A stretch of 63,665 bases of DNA, filler included, from Hausera hauseri (Eukaryota): assembly GCA_046269625.1 (NCBI GenBank). It is 10 parts of 10 records of this genome, joined end to end, with 100 filler letters (N's around TTAATTAATTAA, not from the genome) between each part and the next. Parts side by side here need not be neighbours in the genome. Positions count along the whole stretch, not along the records: positions 1 to 16,765 come from JBJURY010255513.1; positions 16,866 to 25,583 come from JBJURY010557673.1; 8 more parts are not named here. The stretch is one strand, 5' to 3'. Of the stretch, positions 9,531-22,200 are shown one piece after another. Under the pieces are notes generated by a model. The model made no database searches, was not told the DNA's origin, and worked only from the letters and a program-made list of their open reading frames with translations. Within the stretch, counting starts at the first letter, position 1. Each line of letters opens with the position of its first letter. A program made the position numbers and the translations under genes.

Positions 9531-11983
9531 TCAGTATTTCGTTGCATCGTTCCTTTGGGCAGTACTTCGTCACCTAGTTCTGGTACTTCTGCAAATACCC
9601 ATAACGGTTCCGGTATCTCCTTTAATTGATTAATCGAATTATCTGAACCTGACTTGAGGGGCCGGATGTATTCTGTTGCACCCAATACCTTATTTATTTG
9701 TCGTTCCAATTTGTGTTGATCATCGTCCCTTTTCCTTTGGGATTCCTCAAGATATATTTCAACAATTTCGTTAGGATCCATTCCAGACATAACTCCTAAT
9801 TCCGTCCATTTTATATCTAAGTCATTTACTTGACGCCCCATGAACCTAATAGTAATAACAATATCCTCGTCATTACAACGCCACTGATTTTCAGGTAACA
9901 ATATCTTTAATATCTTCTGTATCGGTGCCTCAGGGTCTATCATAGCTTGTGTTTCAGTGTATACCTTTCCGTCAATTATCCTAAATTGAAGCAAAATGTC
10001 ACCTTCCTCTTTTTGAGGCTTAAAGCCTTCCTTTTGAGCGAATATTTGCAATATCAACCGTGCCATATCTCTTCGCGGAGCTCCATCTGCCGCTTGGGCT
10101 ATGAGATATTTTCTAACTTTGATAATCCGTGTTTTATGCTCGGTTATCCACTCACGGAGTTCATACATTTGATCCATTATTGTTGGTGTTACATCATTGG
10201 TTGGGTCGTTCTCTATTTTCTCGAGTAATGCCCTGAACTGTTCTTCGTGGTAGTCGATTTCATTTGCATTATCTGGCTCTTCAGCAGTTGCTGGAGGCGT
10301 TGTTACTTCATAATCTTCTAGTATCATTATAGGTATATCTTTATCTTTTTCACCTTCCTCCCTTGTTTTGGTTAGTACGTCTGTATTGTTATCGTTTAGC
10401 GGTGCTATCTGATTAAGGTGTAGCGATTTCAATCTTTCAAACTGGGTTCGCATATCATCAAGTTCCAATTTGTGTTGTTTCATTTGAAAAATCATTTCTT
10501 CCCGTGTTAAAGACATATCTTCTGTCTCAGGGGATACAGAGATTATACCTTCCTCCCGGAGACCTTGTGAACTATTAGTATGTGCTATCTGATTAGTCGC
10601 ATCCATTTCTTCATGCATCTGATAGCAATTCGTGTCATCCATTGGATTAAATGATGCACTTGCATCATACACAGAGTGCATCAGTGCCATGCTAGTCGGA
10701 TTAATATTGCCATACCTTATCGGGCACTTCTTTGCCAGATGTCCTGCTTGGCCACAATTGAAACAGTTCTTAGGTTGCGATACACCAAAATTTTGTTGCG
10801 TTGCAGGCTGTATCAAGCCTTGTTGTTGCTGTATGGGACATGTTTTTGCTGTATGTCCCCTTTGGCCACAAGCGTAGCATTGCTTCGGAGATTGTGCATG
10901 TGGCGGAGTGGTAAACGGCATTTGTGCCATATATGGGCATGACTTCGCCAGGTGTCCAAAGTTTTTACAATTATGGCACTGTATAAGCCCTTTTGCATTG
11001 ATATTATCGTGTTCGAGTATGGTTGTTTGGTTTCTGTTACCTGTGGATCGTAATGAATACGGCATAGTTTTGGCAGAACTTCCCATTGGCGCGACCTGCA
11101 ATCGATTGACTGCAGCACCGGTTGACATAGCATTTGATCCTGTTGGTTGTCGTACATTGCCGCCGTCTGTTGGGGACGTTTGTCGTTGTATTGGTGGTTG
11201 ATGTGGACGCACTCCGAGTCCCATATTCCATTGAGGCCTAGTGTATACCATTGGATGCCTCGGTGGTCGCAACCATTGTTGTTGCGGCCATCCTTTTCCA
11301 AGGTCCACGTGTTTGTTCCATGTGTTACGACCTGTTGGTTGGTTAATATTAAATGTTGATGACTGAGTAATTTGCGCATGAGGTATAGACGGTGACGTAT
11401 CTTGATGTAATAAACCTCTCTGTAATATTTGTGACATTTTAACATCGACATTTTCATGAGCTATAGCCTTTTTAACTAATTCACTAAATGTCGTGGCCTC
11501 ACTCTCGATTAAATGTCGCTGTACTTTGGGGTTTCGTAAACCCGTTATGAAGCAATCCACAAGAATAGGCTCTGTTTCAAAAACCTTCTTGTCGTCGGCT
11601 TTTTTATCTCTATTCTCGTTTTCCAGCGCGACTTTATATCGTTTTGCTAAAGCTTGTAAGGCTAGAGCGAACATATTCACGGATTCTCCCGCATGCTGCA
11701 CGCGTGATCGTAAATGTCTTAATCGGGCATTGGACGAAGGGTCCGGATCGACACATTTTCTCAATCTTTCAACTATTTCCTTCCATGGTTTATCCGCCTT
11801 GTCTATCTGAAGGTATGCCTGCAGTGCCACACCTTCCAAGTACCCTACCAATTTCTTTACTTTCTCTTTATCATCCCAGTCGACGCTATCCGCCTGTGCT
11901 TCATACATAGTAATGAAGTCGTCAAAGGCGGCCGGCTCACCGGCATATCTATTAATATTTAAGCCTGCATATAATTGCGCCAT
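9485..11983 (-). CDS. gag: Gag with capsid-like N-terminus, 3 CCHC zinc knuckles, SUMO/ubiquitin-like domain and C-terminal AT-hook
   Basis: Retrotransposon-gag N-terminus (WDDKEKVKKLVGYLEGVAL; QHAGESVNMFALAL). Knuckles CHNCKNFGHLAKSC, CYACGQRGHTAKTC and CFNCGQAGHLAKKC. Ends RKKPRGRPKK. Confidence 0.9.
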   Translation of the reverse strand: MAQLYAGLNINRYAGEPAAFDDFITMYEAQADSVDWDDKEKVKKLVGYLEGVALQAYLQIDKADKPWKEIVERLRKCVDPDPSSNARLRHLRSRVQHAGESVNMFALALQALAKRYKVALENENRDKKADDKKVFETEPILVDCFITGLRNPKVQRHLIESEATTFSELVKKAIAHENVDVKMSQILQRGLLHQDTSPSIPHAQITQSSTFNINQPTGRNTWNKHVDLGKGWPQQQWLRPPRHPMVYTRPQWNMGLGVRPHQPPIQRQTSPTDGGNVRQPTGSNAMSTGAAVNRLQVAPMGSSAKTMPYSLRSTGNRNQTTILEHDNINAKGLIQCHNCKNFGHLAKSCPYMAQMPFTTPPHAQSPKQCYACGQRGHTAKTCPIQQQQGLIQPATQQNFGVSQPKNCFNCGQAGHLAKKCPIRYGNINPTSMALMHSVYDASASFNPMDDTNCYQMHEEMDATNQIAHTNSSQGLREEGIISVSPETEDMSLTREEMIFQMKQHKLELDDMRTQFERLKSLHLNQIAPLNDNNTDVLTKTREEGEKDKDIPIMILEDYEVTTPPATAEEPDNANEIDYHEEQFRALLEKIENDPTNDVTPTIMDQMYELREWITEHKTRIIKVRKYLIAQAADGAPRRDMARLILQIFAQKEGFKPQKEEGDILLQFRIIDGKVYTETQAMIDPEAPIQKILKILLPENQWRCNDEDIVITIRFMGRQVNDLDIKWTELGVMSGMDPNEIVEIYLEESQRKRDDDQHKLERQINKVLGATEYIRPLKSGSDNSINQLKEIPEPLWVFAEVPELGDEVLPKGTMQRNTEAQIRKKPRGRPKKI

Positions 11984-12108
11984 TTAATGTCTGCAATCTC
12001 GTGCTTCACGTCGTATTTCAAAAAGTCAAACAACAAGAATAGTTATATAAAGGGATAAAGATCAAAACAACTGATTTAACAAAAATAATTCAAAAGGAAC
12101 AGATTAGT

Positions 12109-12121
12109 GGCGTGGTCGCCA
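12109..12121 (-). promoter_or_regulatory. Primer binding site, probably tRNA-Arg
   Basis: Minus-strand TGGCGACCACGCC lies between the LTR end and gag. It is complementary to a ...CGUGGUCGCCA tRNA 3' end, as in animal tRNA-Arg(UCG) isodecoders. Confidence 0.7.
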
Positions 12122-12125
12122 GATT

Positions 12126-12680
12126 TGTTGTGGCCCCTTGCCTAATAAAAGCTCTCTGTATTTTACTTGATTATCTATTTATTTATTACTTTGGAGACTT
12201 CCCCAATTAAATGCCCGTCTACCCTACTGTTTATGGTGCCCTCAAGATCACTGGGCTTGTCCCAAAGATCGTGGTTACTTTTAACCCTAACCTCAGTCCC
12301 TCTTTAGTTTTACCTCAGTAGCCACTGAGCTAACTCTCAAAAGCTACACTCGTTAGTTAAAGTAATGGGTCGCAGTAATTATACTCAAATTAAAAAAAAT
12401 AGGTAGTATGGCGGCTACAAACAAACAAAAAAAACAAAAAGAACATACTTTATTACAAGCCAAACCGTTCAAATCATTTTGTCAATAAAGTTTTTTTTGT
12501 CAGTCCCCAGATGCAGTTTATATAATACTGACATCGTGGGATTAAATTACAAAAATCAGCCAATGATTCAACAAATAATGACAGAGTGTCACAAAAATTG
12601 TTACACAAAATCAATCATACACCCGTATTACTACGGCTAATTGTTACACCAGTTGCCGAAAAAGAATACAATTTGTTACA
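12126..12680 (-). repeat. Putative 5' LTR
   Basis: The minus strand ends ...CCACAACA 4 nt before the PBS. It contains TATATAAA (~12516-12523) upstream of AATAAA (~12448-12453). Candidate start TGTAACAA at 12680, with alternatives near 12605 and 12648. No second LTR is available to confirm the boundaries. Confidence 0.55.
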
Positions 12681-14762
12681 TCTGTGTAACCTGATCCTTT
12701 AGCGGCTCAACAATTTTATGCCAAATTTATCAAATTAATCATTATTATTAATTAATCATTACTATATTTAAGTATAAAAAATGTAAACATTCATTGTCTA
12801 ATTGGACACAAAAAGTGGCCCTACGTATTTATCATTTGCAATTTGTACAGCTATACGCGGAACAGTGCTTCAAACGTTAGGGGTTTGTATTTGAAAAATG
12901 AATTTCCAATCGGTTAAAACAGACTTTCAATTGTAAATTTCCGTCGCCATTTCTTTTTGGATTTGAAGTAAAATGTATCAGATGAATAAATAATTTTTGA
13001 ATGAACGAGTAATTATCAACAGTTCCTGTGAAAACCAGAATATATTAAATCCGTTTGGAAACGTAACAGATAATCAATTTAAAAAACTTGACATCCTTTG
13101 TTGTAAATATATAATTGCAAAACAATCCATTTGTAATTTTTAATACATTCGTTTGTTACTCCGTGTGTTTCAAAAAATTTGGAAAAATCTCTGATTGAAA
13201 ACTGTAAACTTTTTATGGCAAGTTCAACTCGTATAGAAAAGATGATTTGGTCGAGAATATGCTCAATGATTTATGTTTTTATGATTTACTAATTTTATGT
13301 TGATGATGAAGATTTTCCTTCTGATGAAGGTGAATATATTGTACAATTTATAGTGATTTGTTCCATTGCAATGGATTTGATTATCACAATTAAGTAAATA
13401 TTAGAAATGTTAAAATTTCGAAATAAATTTTCTGTTAATTATCTCGAGATTTTTGGTATACTTGTGGAATACTTACAGTTAATTTGATTAGTTATAGTTT
13501 TGGAGTATGTTTATATTAAGGAATTGTAAAAAATTGTACAACTTACTGATGTAAGGATATGTAATATTAATTATCTTTTGTATCTTACAAAGTATAGTAG
13601 AAATTTAACGTTAGAATAAATTTGATTTCTACCTTTGTCTTCAACAATTCCTGTGATGAAATTACATATTAAGATCAATATTAGAGAATCACATTTACTC
13701 TAAAATAGATGAAAAAATCATCATTATATTATAATTATAATTTTTTTTAAAATATAAACGCAAAATGAAAAATTTTAATATACAACGACATGGAATCATT
13801 AAAGTAGACTTAGAATTTCAGTGTTTTGTTGTTTCTTTGTAATATTAGTTCTGTTTTACAAAGAACAATCATAATTTGTGACAAACCATAAATGTTCATT
13901 GTGATTTATTAAAAATATAGCCATAATTTTAGCTGCAGTCATTCACTTAAGTTGGGGGGATGGGCTATGTCGGACAAATTCTACCCCACCCAATTAAAGT
14001 CACAATGTTAAGGTCATTTAAAGTCAGGATTAAGGTCATCTTTTTATATGAGCAAAAAGGTTATAAACAAATTCTGAAAATAAGAAAAAACATTCAAATA
14101 AATAAAACGGATGAAATAATCTCCGTCTTGTTCTACTTTATTATCTGGTGTTGAAATAAAGGTAATGCTTAAGGTTTATTTTTAATTAGCTTAGAATTGG
14201 TTTTTGTGCGTTTATTGGTTTCATTGTGCCGTGATTCCTTATTCTGTCGAAATTTTGTAACATACTCAGTGTAGTGTGACGCTCGTCATAAGGATTTTTG
14301 ATTACGGAAGGAAAAAAATATCCATAAGAAGTAGAACGTTTATTTGTTTTTCGTTCTTTGACGTTTCTATTGTGAAAGACGATGCCGAACGCCTTCTTTG
14401 AGCTCTTTGGCCTACCACCGATCTCTGAGATTGTCCTCCGAAGTATACTCGATGGTTGGAGATCCGTTGACTACCTGATGGCCTTAATGACTCAAAGAGT
14501 CAATTATGGCTGCCATCAACCTGATTAAAACAGCTATGAATCCTTATGAGTCAAATATACGCCTGTTTTTACCGCTTGAGTAAAACTCATAGAGACGCTG
14601 ACTGGGTAAGGCCTATGGTTTCTGTGTGGGTTATGTGTCATACAAAGCGGCTGTGCTGCAGATCTCTCGAGACATACTAAAGTCGGAATACAATCGTCCT
14701 GGGATGGTTCGTAGGAATGACATGTTGCGGCATCTTAGCTATTCAGAACTCTGAAGATTGGG

Positions 14763-15263
14763 CTAAGCGGTGTTTAACAGGACCATGTACTCATGGAGGT
14801 TGTCGACCAAGCAATTCGCTCTCGAATGAATCATTGGTCGTCGTGGTGTTCGCGGACGTTGGTGTCCCAGTAACAGAGCCGTGGCTCTCACTACAAGAGG
14901 ACCGTCGTGTGTGACGATTTGGGACTTTGTGTTACGATAGCTTTGTCTCTTGGTTTCCTCTTCAGACATTGAGGACTCCCTGGGAGACCCCATTTTGTTG
15001 GAAGGTAGAGTCCTGTATTGGAATGTACTTTCCTCCTCATCGGAGTCAATTCGATATCCCGGTTTTTCATGCAACATGTAAGGGCACTCTCCTCCGATAA
15101 GCTTACAAGATGAACAACCAATTTTGGATCGTTTGCTGCCTCCGACGGGTTGCTCTTTTCGTTGATTCGTTATCTCGATTCCCAATACCTCTAGCTCCTC
15201 AAGATCAATCCCGTCTTTACGGCTTGTTTCTTTTAGGTTATTGCATGCGCAGTAATGAGCCAA
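14763..15263 (-). CDS. Hypothetical Cys-containing ORF in a GC-richer island (14.33-15.4 kb), probably element-derived
   Basis: 166 aa ORF with HYCAC and CSSC...C...H. Local GC is higher than the flanks. No recognisable family. Confidence 0.2.
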   Translation of the reverse strand: MAHYCACNNLKETSRKDGIDLEELEVLGIEITNQRKEQPVGGSKRSKIGCSSCKLIGGECPYMLHEKPGYRIDSDEEESTFQYRTLPSNKMGSPRESSMSEEETKRQSYRNTKSQIVTHDGPLVVRATALLLGHQRPRTPRRPMIHSRANCLVDNLHEYMVLLNTA

Positions 15264-16339
15264 GTAAATCCTACCAATAGTCCTCGCATTGGAGTGAATT
15301 TCGTTTTTTCAACCTTGGTGATCCTGGTTTTCTCTTTCTGTGGCCATTGCCTCGTTTCTAGGTAGTCACAGTAGTTAAAAAAGGAGGCTTGTAGACCGGC
15401 CCCTCAAATTAAAAAAATTTTCATTCGCTTGCCTCACCACCACTCGCTCATAATAATTTTTTTAAAAAATTTCAAAAACATACATATAATACTCCTTTTA
15501 TAACTACTCCCAATATTCAATTATAAAAATATACAAAAAAATGATTTCAAATAATTCTGATTGTAAATTCTGTGAAACAGGTCGTATAATAATATAAATA
15601 ACTTGACTGTACTGATAAATTTAGAATTTTAGTCAGAGATTGTAAATAAATTTAAAATTTTTCTTACTAATTATTGGAATAACTCCAGTTGTTTATAAAA
15701 CCCATGGCTGACAAATGATTATAAAATAGTTATAATGCGAATGATTAAAGAAGAATGTGAAATAAATTTAGAATTTCTGTAAATCAACTAACAAGTTACG
15801 GATCTGCTACTATATAATCAGACTATGGACAAATCAAAACTGAACAAGATGTGAACAAGTATTAGTTGTTGACTTTAGAGTCTAAAGTTAAAGCATCAAA
15901 TCTATTAACTGACGATATTTCTTTTGCACTTGATTTCTGTGAAGTGCTGTTTTCCTTGGTTGATTAATAAAGGTGATTTTTTATTATTTGCGTTGTTAAT
16001 ACCCCTCATATAGTTTCTCATAGTCTCTTAAAGACGATTAGACTGCAGTAGGGGTAAAATTAATACTAAAATATATAGCTAAGACAAGAGATTAAGTAAA
16101 GTGATACATTCACTTCTCGCAGTCAGTACAAGCATCACTGTATAATATATATTAAAATCTTAAGGTACAAGCAGACTATTCGAGAACGAATAGTCCTAAC
16201 CTGCTTATAGAAGGAATAAATTCAAGTGAAAATATTGTTATAGAGGGAGACGATAAGGGCCACCCCAACTGTAACACTAGTTACTGTGTTTAAATGCACT
16301 TCATTTGAATATGCTTTGTTTTCAATTTTAGAAATAATG

Positions 16340-16765
16340 ACATTAAACCAAAGTATTAGAAAGTTGATTAGTTCTTGGTTTGAGCAAGGTTTTGATGCAC
16401 CGAAAATCTGCAGCATATTGAAACCGCAGGCATCAAAGGCTGCAATTTATAGGTGAATCAATCGCATTGGAAAATCTGGAATATCAGCTAATACTAGCCC
16501 CAAACGGCCGAGAAGCGTGCGAACAAAGGCATTCATAGCCAAAGTCAAACGAAACGTCCTTTCCAACAAGAAGCGCAAGTCGGCCCGGAAAATCGCTAGT
16601 GAAGCATGTTGTTCAGCTTGGACCGTTCAAAATACAATTCGTATGGACTTATATTTAAAAGCATATAAAAATTCGTATTTCCGCTTTAACCAGTGCCCAT
16701 GACGCACGAAGAAAGTAATTCTCTCACTGGATCACTTGTTCTGTCAGAAACTTTGATTTCTGCCG
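16340..16765 (+). pseudogene. Tc1/mariner-superfamily transposase remnant (HTH region)
   Basis: RPRSVRT...VKRNV...RKSARKIA...TVQNTIRMDLYLKAYK, flanked by stops and frameshifts. Confidence 0.65.
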
Positions 16766-18146
16766 NNNNNNNNNNNNNNNNNNNNNNNNNNNNNNNNNNN
16801 NNNNNNNNNTTAATTAATTAANNNNNNNNNNNNNNNNNNNNNNNNNNNNNNNNNNNNNNNNNNNNAATTTCATCGAAAAACCAAATACGTTTCTCGTTTA
16901 TATGTTTGTTTGTTGTTTTGTGATAATTATTATATTATTTTATACCATGTGCATTACAATGGACATTTCGAAAAGTTGTTCAAAATCTTTTAAAATTTAC
17001 ACCTTAAGTGTATTTTAAGACTGCACATAACCATTATTGACAGAAAAAAATTTTTGGTTACCTAAAAAAACTCAGGCCTGACCGGGTTAATGATTAAAAA
17101 TTCTATATTAAGACTGCAAACGTTGTAATAAGTGTATGAATGTCGATAGTGTGATTGTAGTAACGGTTTTACAAACAAAAGGCTTGTTCAACATTCACGT
17201 TTTGAAATATGAGACACAAATGTGCTAGAAAAATGAAAGAATTAAATAATCATCAAAATTTACCAATTTTCGTCGAAACTCAAACCGGCTTAGTAGAAAT
17301 TCCGAACTAGTTTCATGTTCGTTAAATGAGAATAATAAGTATGATAGTTTAGGTATGTAGATAGTTATAAGTGATTAGAAGACATTTAGTAAATTGATAC
17401 ATCACATCATTATTGCATACTATTCATAATTTTTAAGGGGGTGTTATATTCGATGAATTGAATACCAACCTGACTGACAGCAAAGGTTGTCAGCATTTTG
17501 TGAATAAAAAGGTTCATTCTGAAATGAATCAGTCTTACAAATAATTGCACCAAAAACGCTTCTGGTAAATTCGAAGGGTTATTGCACGGCTCATCTGTTC
17601 CTTACGAAAATAAAACCTATTTACCAGATTTTCATTTACTTGTGCACGTTGAAAAACAGTTCCCTGAATAAACAGGGAACAGAGAGAAAAAGAACATCTC
17701 ATGGGTGCAAATCTTCACATTAAATCTGAATATACTTCCCTTAGTATCAATCACGTCATTTCACTTAATAAATAAGGGTCTCTTCTATAAAATGTTTTAA
17801 GTGCTTCAGTTTGTCAGTTGAAAAGACAGATTGGACAGCGTGTTGTTGGTCAGCATCACACACGTTGTGCTCAGGATGGACGCTTGCATCTGAGGAGAGA
17901 AATATAAAAAAACATTTGATTTACATATAGAAAAGATATTTACATTATTTCTTTCATCATACCTGGCCATTTTTATCGGAGTGCCCCTCTCCAGAGGAAT
18001 ATATCCACATTTAAAATCTAAGCTCCATTCATGCACACTGATTTTATCAATCATTCTAACAACCACGCCCAGTCTGACATTCAGTAACTCAGAAAAACAA
18101 AAACGAGAACTAATAATAATATTTACATAACACTGAGATACCTTCT

Positions 18147-18931
18147 TCAGAGATGTCTATAATTTATAAATTGCTTTCTGATATTCACGGCACCAGAATG
18201 AGAATCATTTTTGGGAAAAATGAAACTTCGGTGCTGTTTGCAGTCTATGCGCTCACTACCCGTGTCAATGACTAAAGCTGTGACCTCTTTTAATCGCGTT
18301 CCATTAAGAATATCTGTCAACGAACTAACAAATTGTGTGAGACGACCTGTCAGAGGTAAAACATTTACTTCACAGTTTTCAGACGTTAAACTTGTGGATT
18401 CAGGAAGCTGTTCAACGATATTAACTGCAAGTGGTTCTTCAAGCAGTACAACATTTTCCTTTTGCTTTGGTTTAATTACATTAATAAAATCACTGAATTT
18501 CTTAAAACGCGGCAGTTTATAGTTAAAATCAATTGAGGTATCTTCGCAGATCAATTGCTGATTTCCACTCAGTAATTGTAACCTTTCTTTCTTGTATGAA
18601 TCTTTCTTTTTCCTTGTTTCTTCTTTGGGAAGTTTAACAGTCTCATTAACAATCTCACTTGGTTTATTATTAATTTCATCTGTTTCTTGTTTAATGTCCG
18701 AAACCTTCATAAACGAAAAATTTCTTAATTCTTCTTGATACTCAACACTTATTTGCGGATCACCGTTTGAATTTTGACTATATTCATACGTACAAAACTT
18801 ATTCTGTTGGTAATGATTTGAATCCGCATTATCCTGATTTTCTAAATTGTCATTCAATTTATCATGTGATATTGCGTCAAAAGAATAGGTACTTGACATA
18901 TCTTCAAAGCTCAATATTGGATCATCAGACA
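18147..18931 (-). CDS. Hypothetical host protein (large exon; possible further exons down to ~17.5 kb)
   Basis: 273 aa ORF with protein-like composition. No recognised motif. Confidence 0.4.
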
Positions 18932-19299
18932 TTTGAAAATTTGTATTTGTAATTTCAAAGCAAATCAATCACAATTTATTTTGTGTTGCTATATTCCTTT
19001 TCATATAAAAATTTATATATATATATATCAATATATAAATTTATATCTTTATATAATTCTCAGTGATTCTGATAAAATATCCTTAAGATTGTTGGTCGAT
19101 GCACATCTGACACATCCGATCTGAAAATTGGGATTAACCTTTGTAAACAACTTAACATTTTGCATTTTTAGATTTTGTGTCGATAGAATTAAAATTGAAA
19201 TTATAAAATGCTACAAAGAATATATGACAGTCTGAGATCTGTATATATGTTGTAATATTTTTCAAAGTGATTGATTCAAGGTGATCTCTAATTTAATAC

Positions 19300-22200
19300 A
19301 TTCTGATCATCTTGCGTACAATTGTAGTTTGCTGTTCTTTCTCACATTTTTTGTCTTTTTAAATACAATTGGGTTTGCTGTTCTTTTTGCTTCAATACTT
19401 CCGAAATTTTGTAATTATTTAACTCGGAGTGAGTGACATCTTTTTCAAGTTTTCTGATTGTTGAATTCAATTGCTCAATCTCAACGGTACTGCTTTCTTT
19501 AGAATAACGAACTTCATTTTTAAGTCTTCTTATTTTCAGCCTGGTAATTATTTTTATATTGTTCTTTCTCTTCTCTCTCTTTGCTAATTGCTAATTTTAA
19601 TTGAGCTTTCTCGTCGACAAACTGATTTTCTTACTATGTGAAACCTTTTTCAAACGATCTATTTCTATTTCCAAACGGGTATGAGAAGATTTATTGTGTT
19701 TACGAATTTCTCGGTTGTCCGTTCTTTAAACCTTAAATCCCGAAACACTGCTCTTAAGCTTGTTGTAGTTCAAGAATCTTAGCATTCAATGTTGTTTCGA
19801 TCTTTTGAATCTGTTCGTCGAATTTTTTTCAATTCGATGAATTTTATTATTAAGCTCGAAGATAACATCTTCGTAATGTGAAACCCGTGTATTGTGTTGT
19901 TTAAGTAATTTTTCGTATTTTTCCCGATTCTCATCGAATTCTTCTTTAGCAATTTTATAATCTTCGCAAAATCTTCATAATTTTCAATTCCCTTTCGAAG
20001 GTTAAGTTCTAGATTTTCTATTTTCTCACTGACGATAGATAAGGGTGTTTTAATGTTTGCTAATTCAACATCTTTCAGATTCTTTTCACACTCAATCTGA
20101 TAGATTCGGTTCTGAAGAATAAGAATATTGTCTTTGTATTCATTCCTAGATTGATCGTACGACAAAGATGAATTATCCAAATTCTTTTGAAGATCGGAAA
20201 TAATATCGGATTTTAATACGATATTTTTTTCATGATCCTTAATTTGTTTCCTTAAATCTGCAATTTCCTTTTGATGATTCTGTAATGCTACTTCAATCTG
20301 CGATATTCGATTGGTTTTACAACGGATTTCTTCATCCTTTCTCTCCATTGTCACACAATTGGTTTCCGACAAATTTGTTAATGATTCAACTTGTTTTTCA
20401 TAGCATTCAACGGTCTTTTGAAATTCTGAAATTTTATTCTCCAAGTTTTCATTAAGCTTCTTAGAGTTTTGCAATTCCGTCGATTTGATTCGAAGTAAGT
20501 CGAGCTCTTCGTTCAATATTTTCTCTTTCAATTGCAAAGTGTCTATATCATTATCTTTTTCTGAAATTAGTTTTTGATAATTTTCTTCCAACTTTGAAAC
20601 TTTATCTGTCGAATCCGAATATTTCAAAAAGCAAATATCGTATTTGCATTCCAAAATTCGTATTTTGTCTATTAGATCATCGTTCGCCTTTCTGATCAAA
20701 TCCAATTCATGAGTTTTTAACACAATCTCCTCAGTTTTCTTCGATTCTGCAATTTTATACGTTTCAAAATCTTTTCCCAATGAACTATTCCTTGAAATCA
20801 AATTACGAATTGTAGTAACAATGTCTAATGTAGTACTTTGAGTACGCGGATTATCTTTAATTTCAGAATCGGTCACTGTACCCAATACTTCGCAAACGCT
20901 ATCTAGTTTATTTTGTAAATTAAAAATGAAGCTTTCTTTCTCTTCCATTGATATTTCATTCATTTCCTCTAACTCTGAAATTTTGGCCACGCTGCAATTG
21001 TACTCCTCGAGGCAAGTATTGTATTTTTCTTCAACAAGTAAGATATTGTTTAACATACGTTCGTTATCTTCCAATAATTTTTTATTCGTTTCCTCTAACT
21101 CAGAAATTTTCGTCTTGCATCCATTGTACTCCTCAAGGCACGTATTGTATTTTTCTTCAACAATTAAGATATTATTTAAAACACTTTCATTATCTTCCAA
21201 TAATTTTTGATTCGTTTCCTCTAACTCGGAAATTTTTGTCATGCAACCATTGTTTAAAACGCCATTCATATCTCGTTTAATTGACTCGATCTCTATCTCC
21301 TTTGACAAAATAAGCTCTGATATTCTACAATTTTCAGCTTGAAGCCTATTGATGTCGTCCTCATAAGTATGGATATTCTTTAAAAGATTTTCAATTAAGT
21401 CTAAAACACTGATTGAGACATTTTCATAACTTCCAGCACAGTCTGATGTTAAATTTTCGGCTTCTTTATTAACTGAACCTACCAAACATCGAATCTTCTC
21501 AATGAAAGAAAGATTATCCTTCATAATCCATTCATTTTCTTGTAATTCCAAAGAAGCCTCTTCTAATTTGGTCAAACAATCTTGATATTCGTACACGATC
21601 CTTTCTAAATCTGTTTTCATTTCCAACATCTCATCCGAATGTTTACATTCTAAATTAATTTTACAATTTTTTAATTCACTTTCGAAATACTCTTTATATT
21701 CACAGATTCGAAGATTACAGTCATCGGTCAGTTTTTGAATAGCTGTTTCATATGATTTAACGGTGTTCTCTATTTCTACAGTTTTCTCCTGATTACTGAC
21801 TTTCAAACCCGTGACCCGAATCTGAATATCTTTGTGATTAGCAACCAAATTGTTATTAATGCTGATTAAATTGAAAATGTTTTCGGTAATTTGAGTTATT
21901 TCTTCAGCAATTCCAGAAAACATTGAATTTTGTGCTTTCAACTGAATCATTTCAATTTTGCAGAGTGATTTTTTAACTTTTAATAAATCGAAGCATTTAC
22001 CTGATTTCTAACCAAATTTAATTTTGCATTTTTTTTCTTCATACTCGGTTATTGAACCTTACCAAGAATCAAAATTTTCTTTTATCACGTGTATAAAATC
22101 GTTCAAGTCAATACTCACTTCCTTGTCCATTTACTGGCATACAAATGACAAGTTAGTTTGACAGCTATCTAGATCATTCTTCCACGATTTAATTTCTGAT

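Larger units (their letters stand above)
118..12680 (-). mobile_element. Ty3/Gypsy-type LTR retroelement / endogenous retrovirus-like element, order LTR-PBS-gag-env-pol(+TM protein)-ORF4; 3' LTR not in window
   Basis: Four contiguous long minus-strand ORFs. Pol has the PR-RT-RH-IN order with a GPY motif. PBS and LTR-like signals lie upstream of gag. Confidence 0.92.

Noticed and set aside
1718-11910. Many short plus-strand and alternate-frame ORFs inside the retroelement
   Set aside because: Antisense or overlap shadows of long coding frames, with no motifs.
12126-12423. Shorter LTR bounded by the imperfect inverted repeat tgttgtggcc/ggctacaaaca
   Set aside because: It would exclude the TATA and poly(A) signals. 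Cannot be settled without the 3' LTR.
16766-16865. Recurrent TTAATTAATTAA motif (nine copies)
   Set aside because: Artificial six-frame-stop linker inside Ns. It also means elements on different pieces need not be neighbours.
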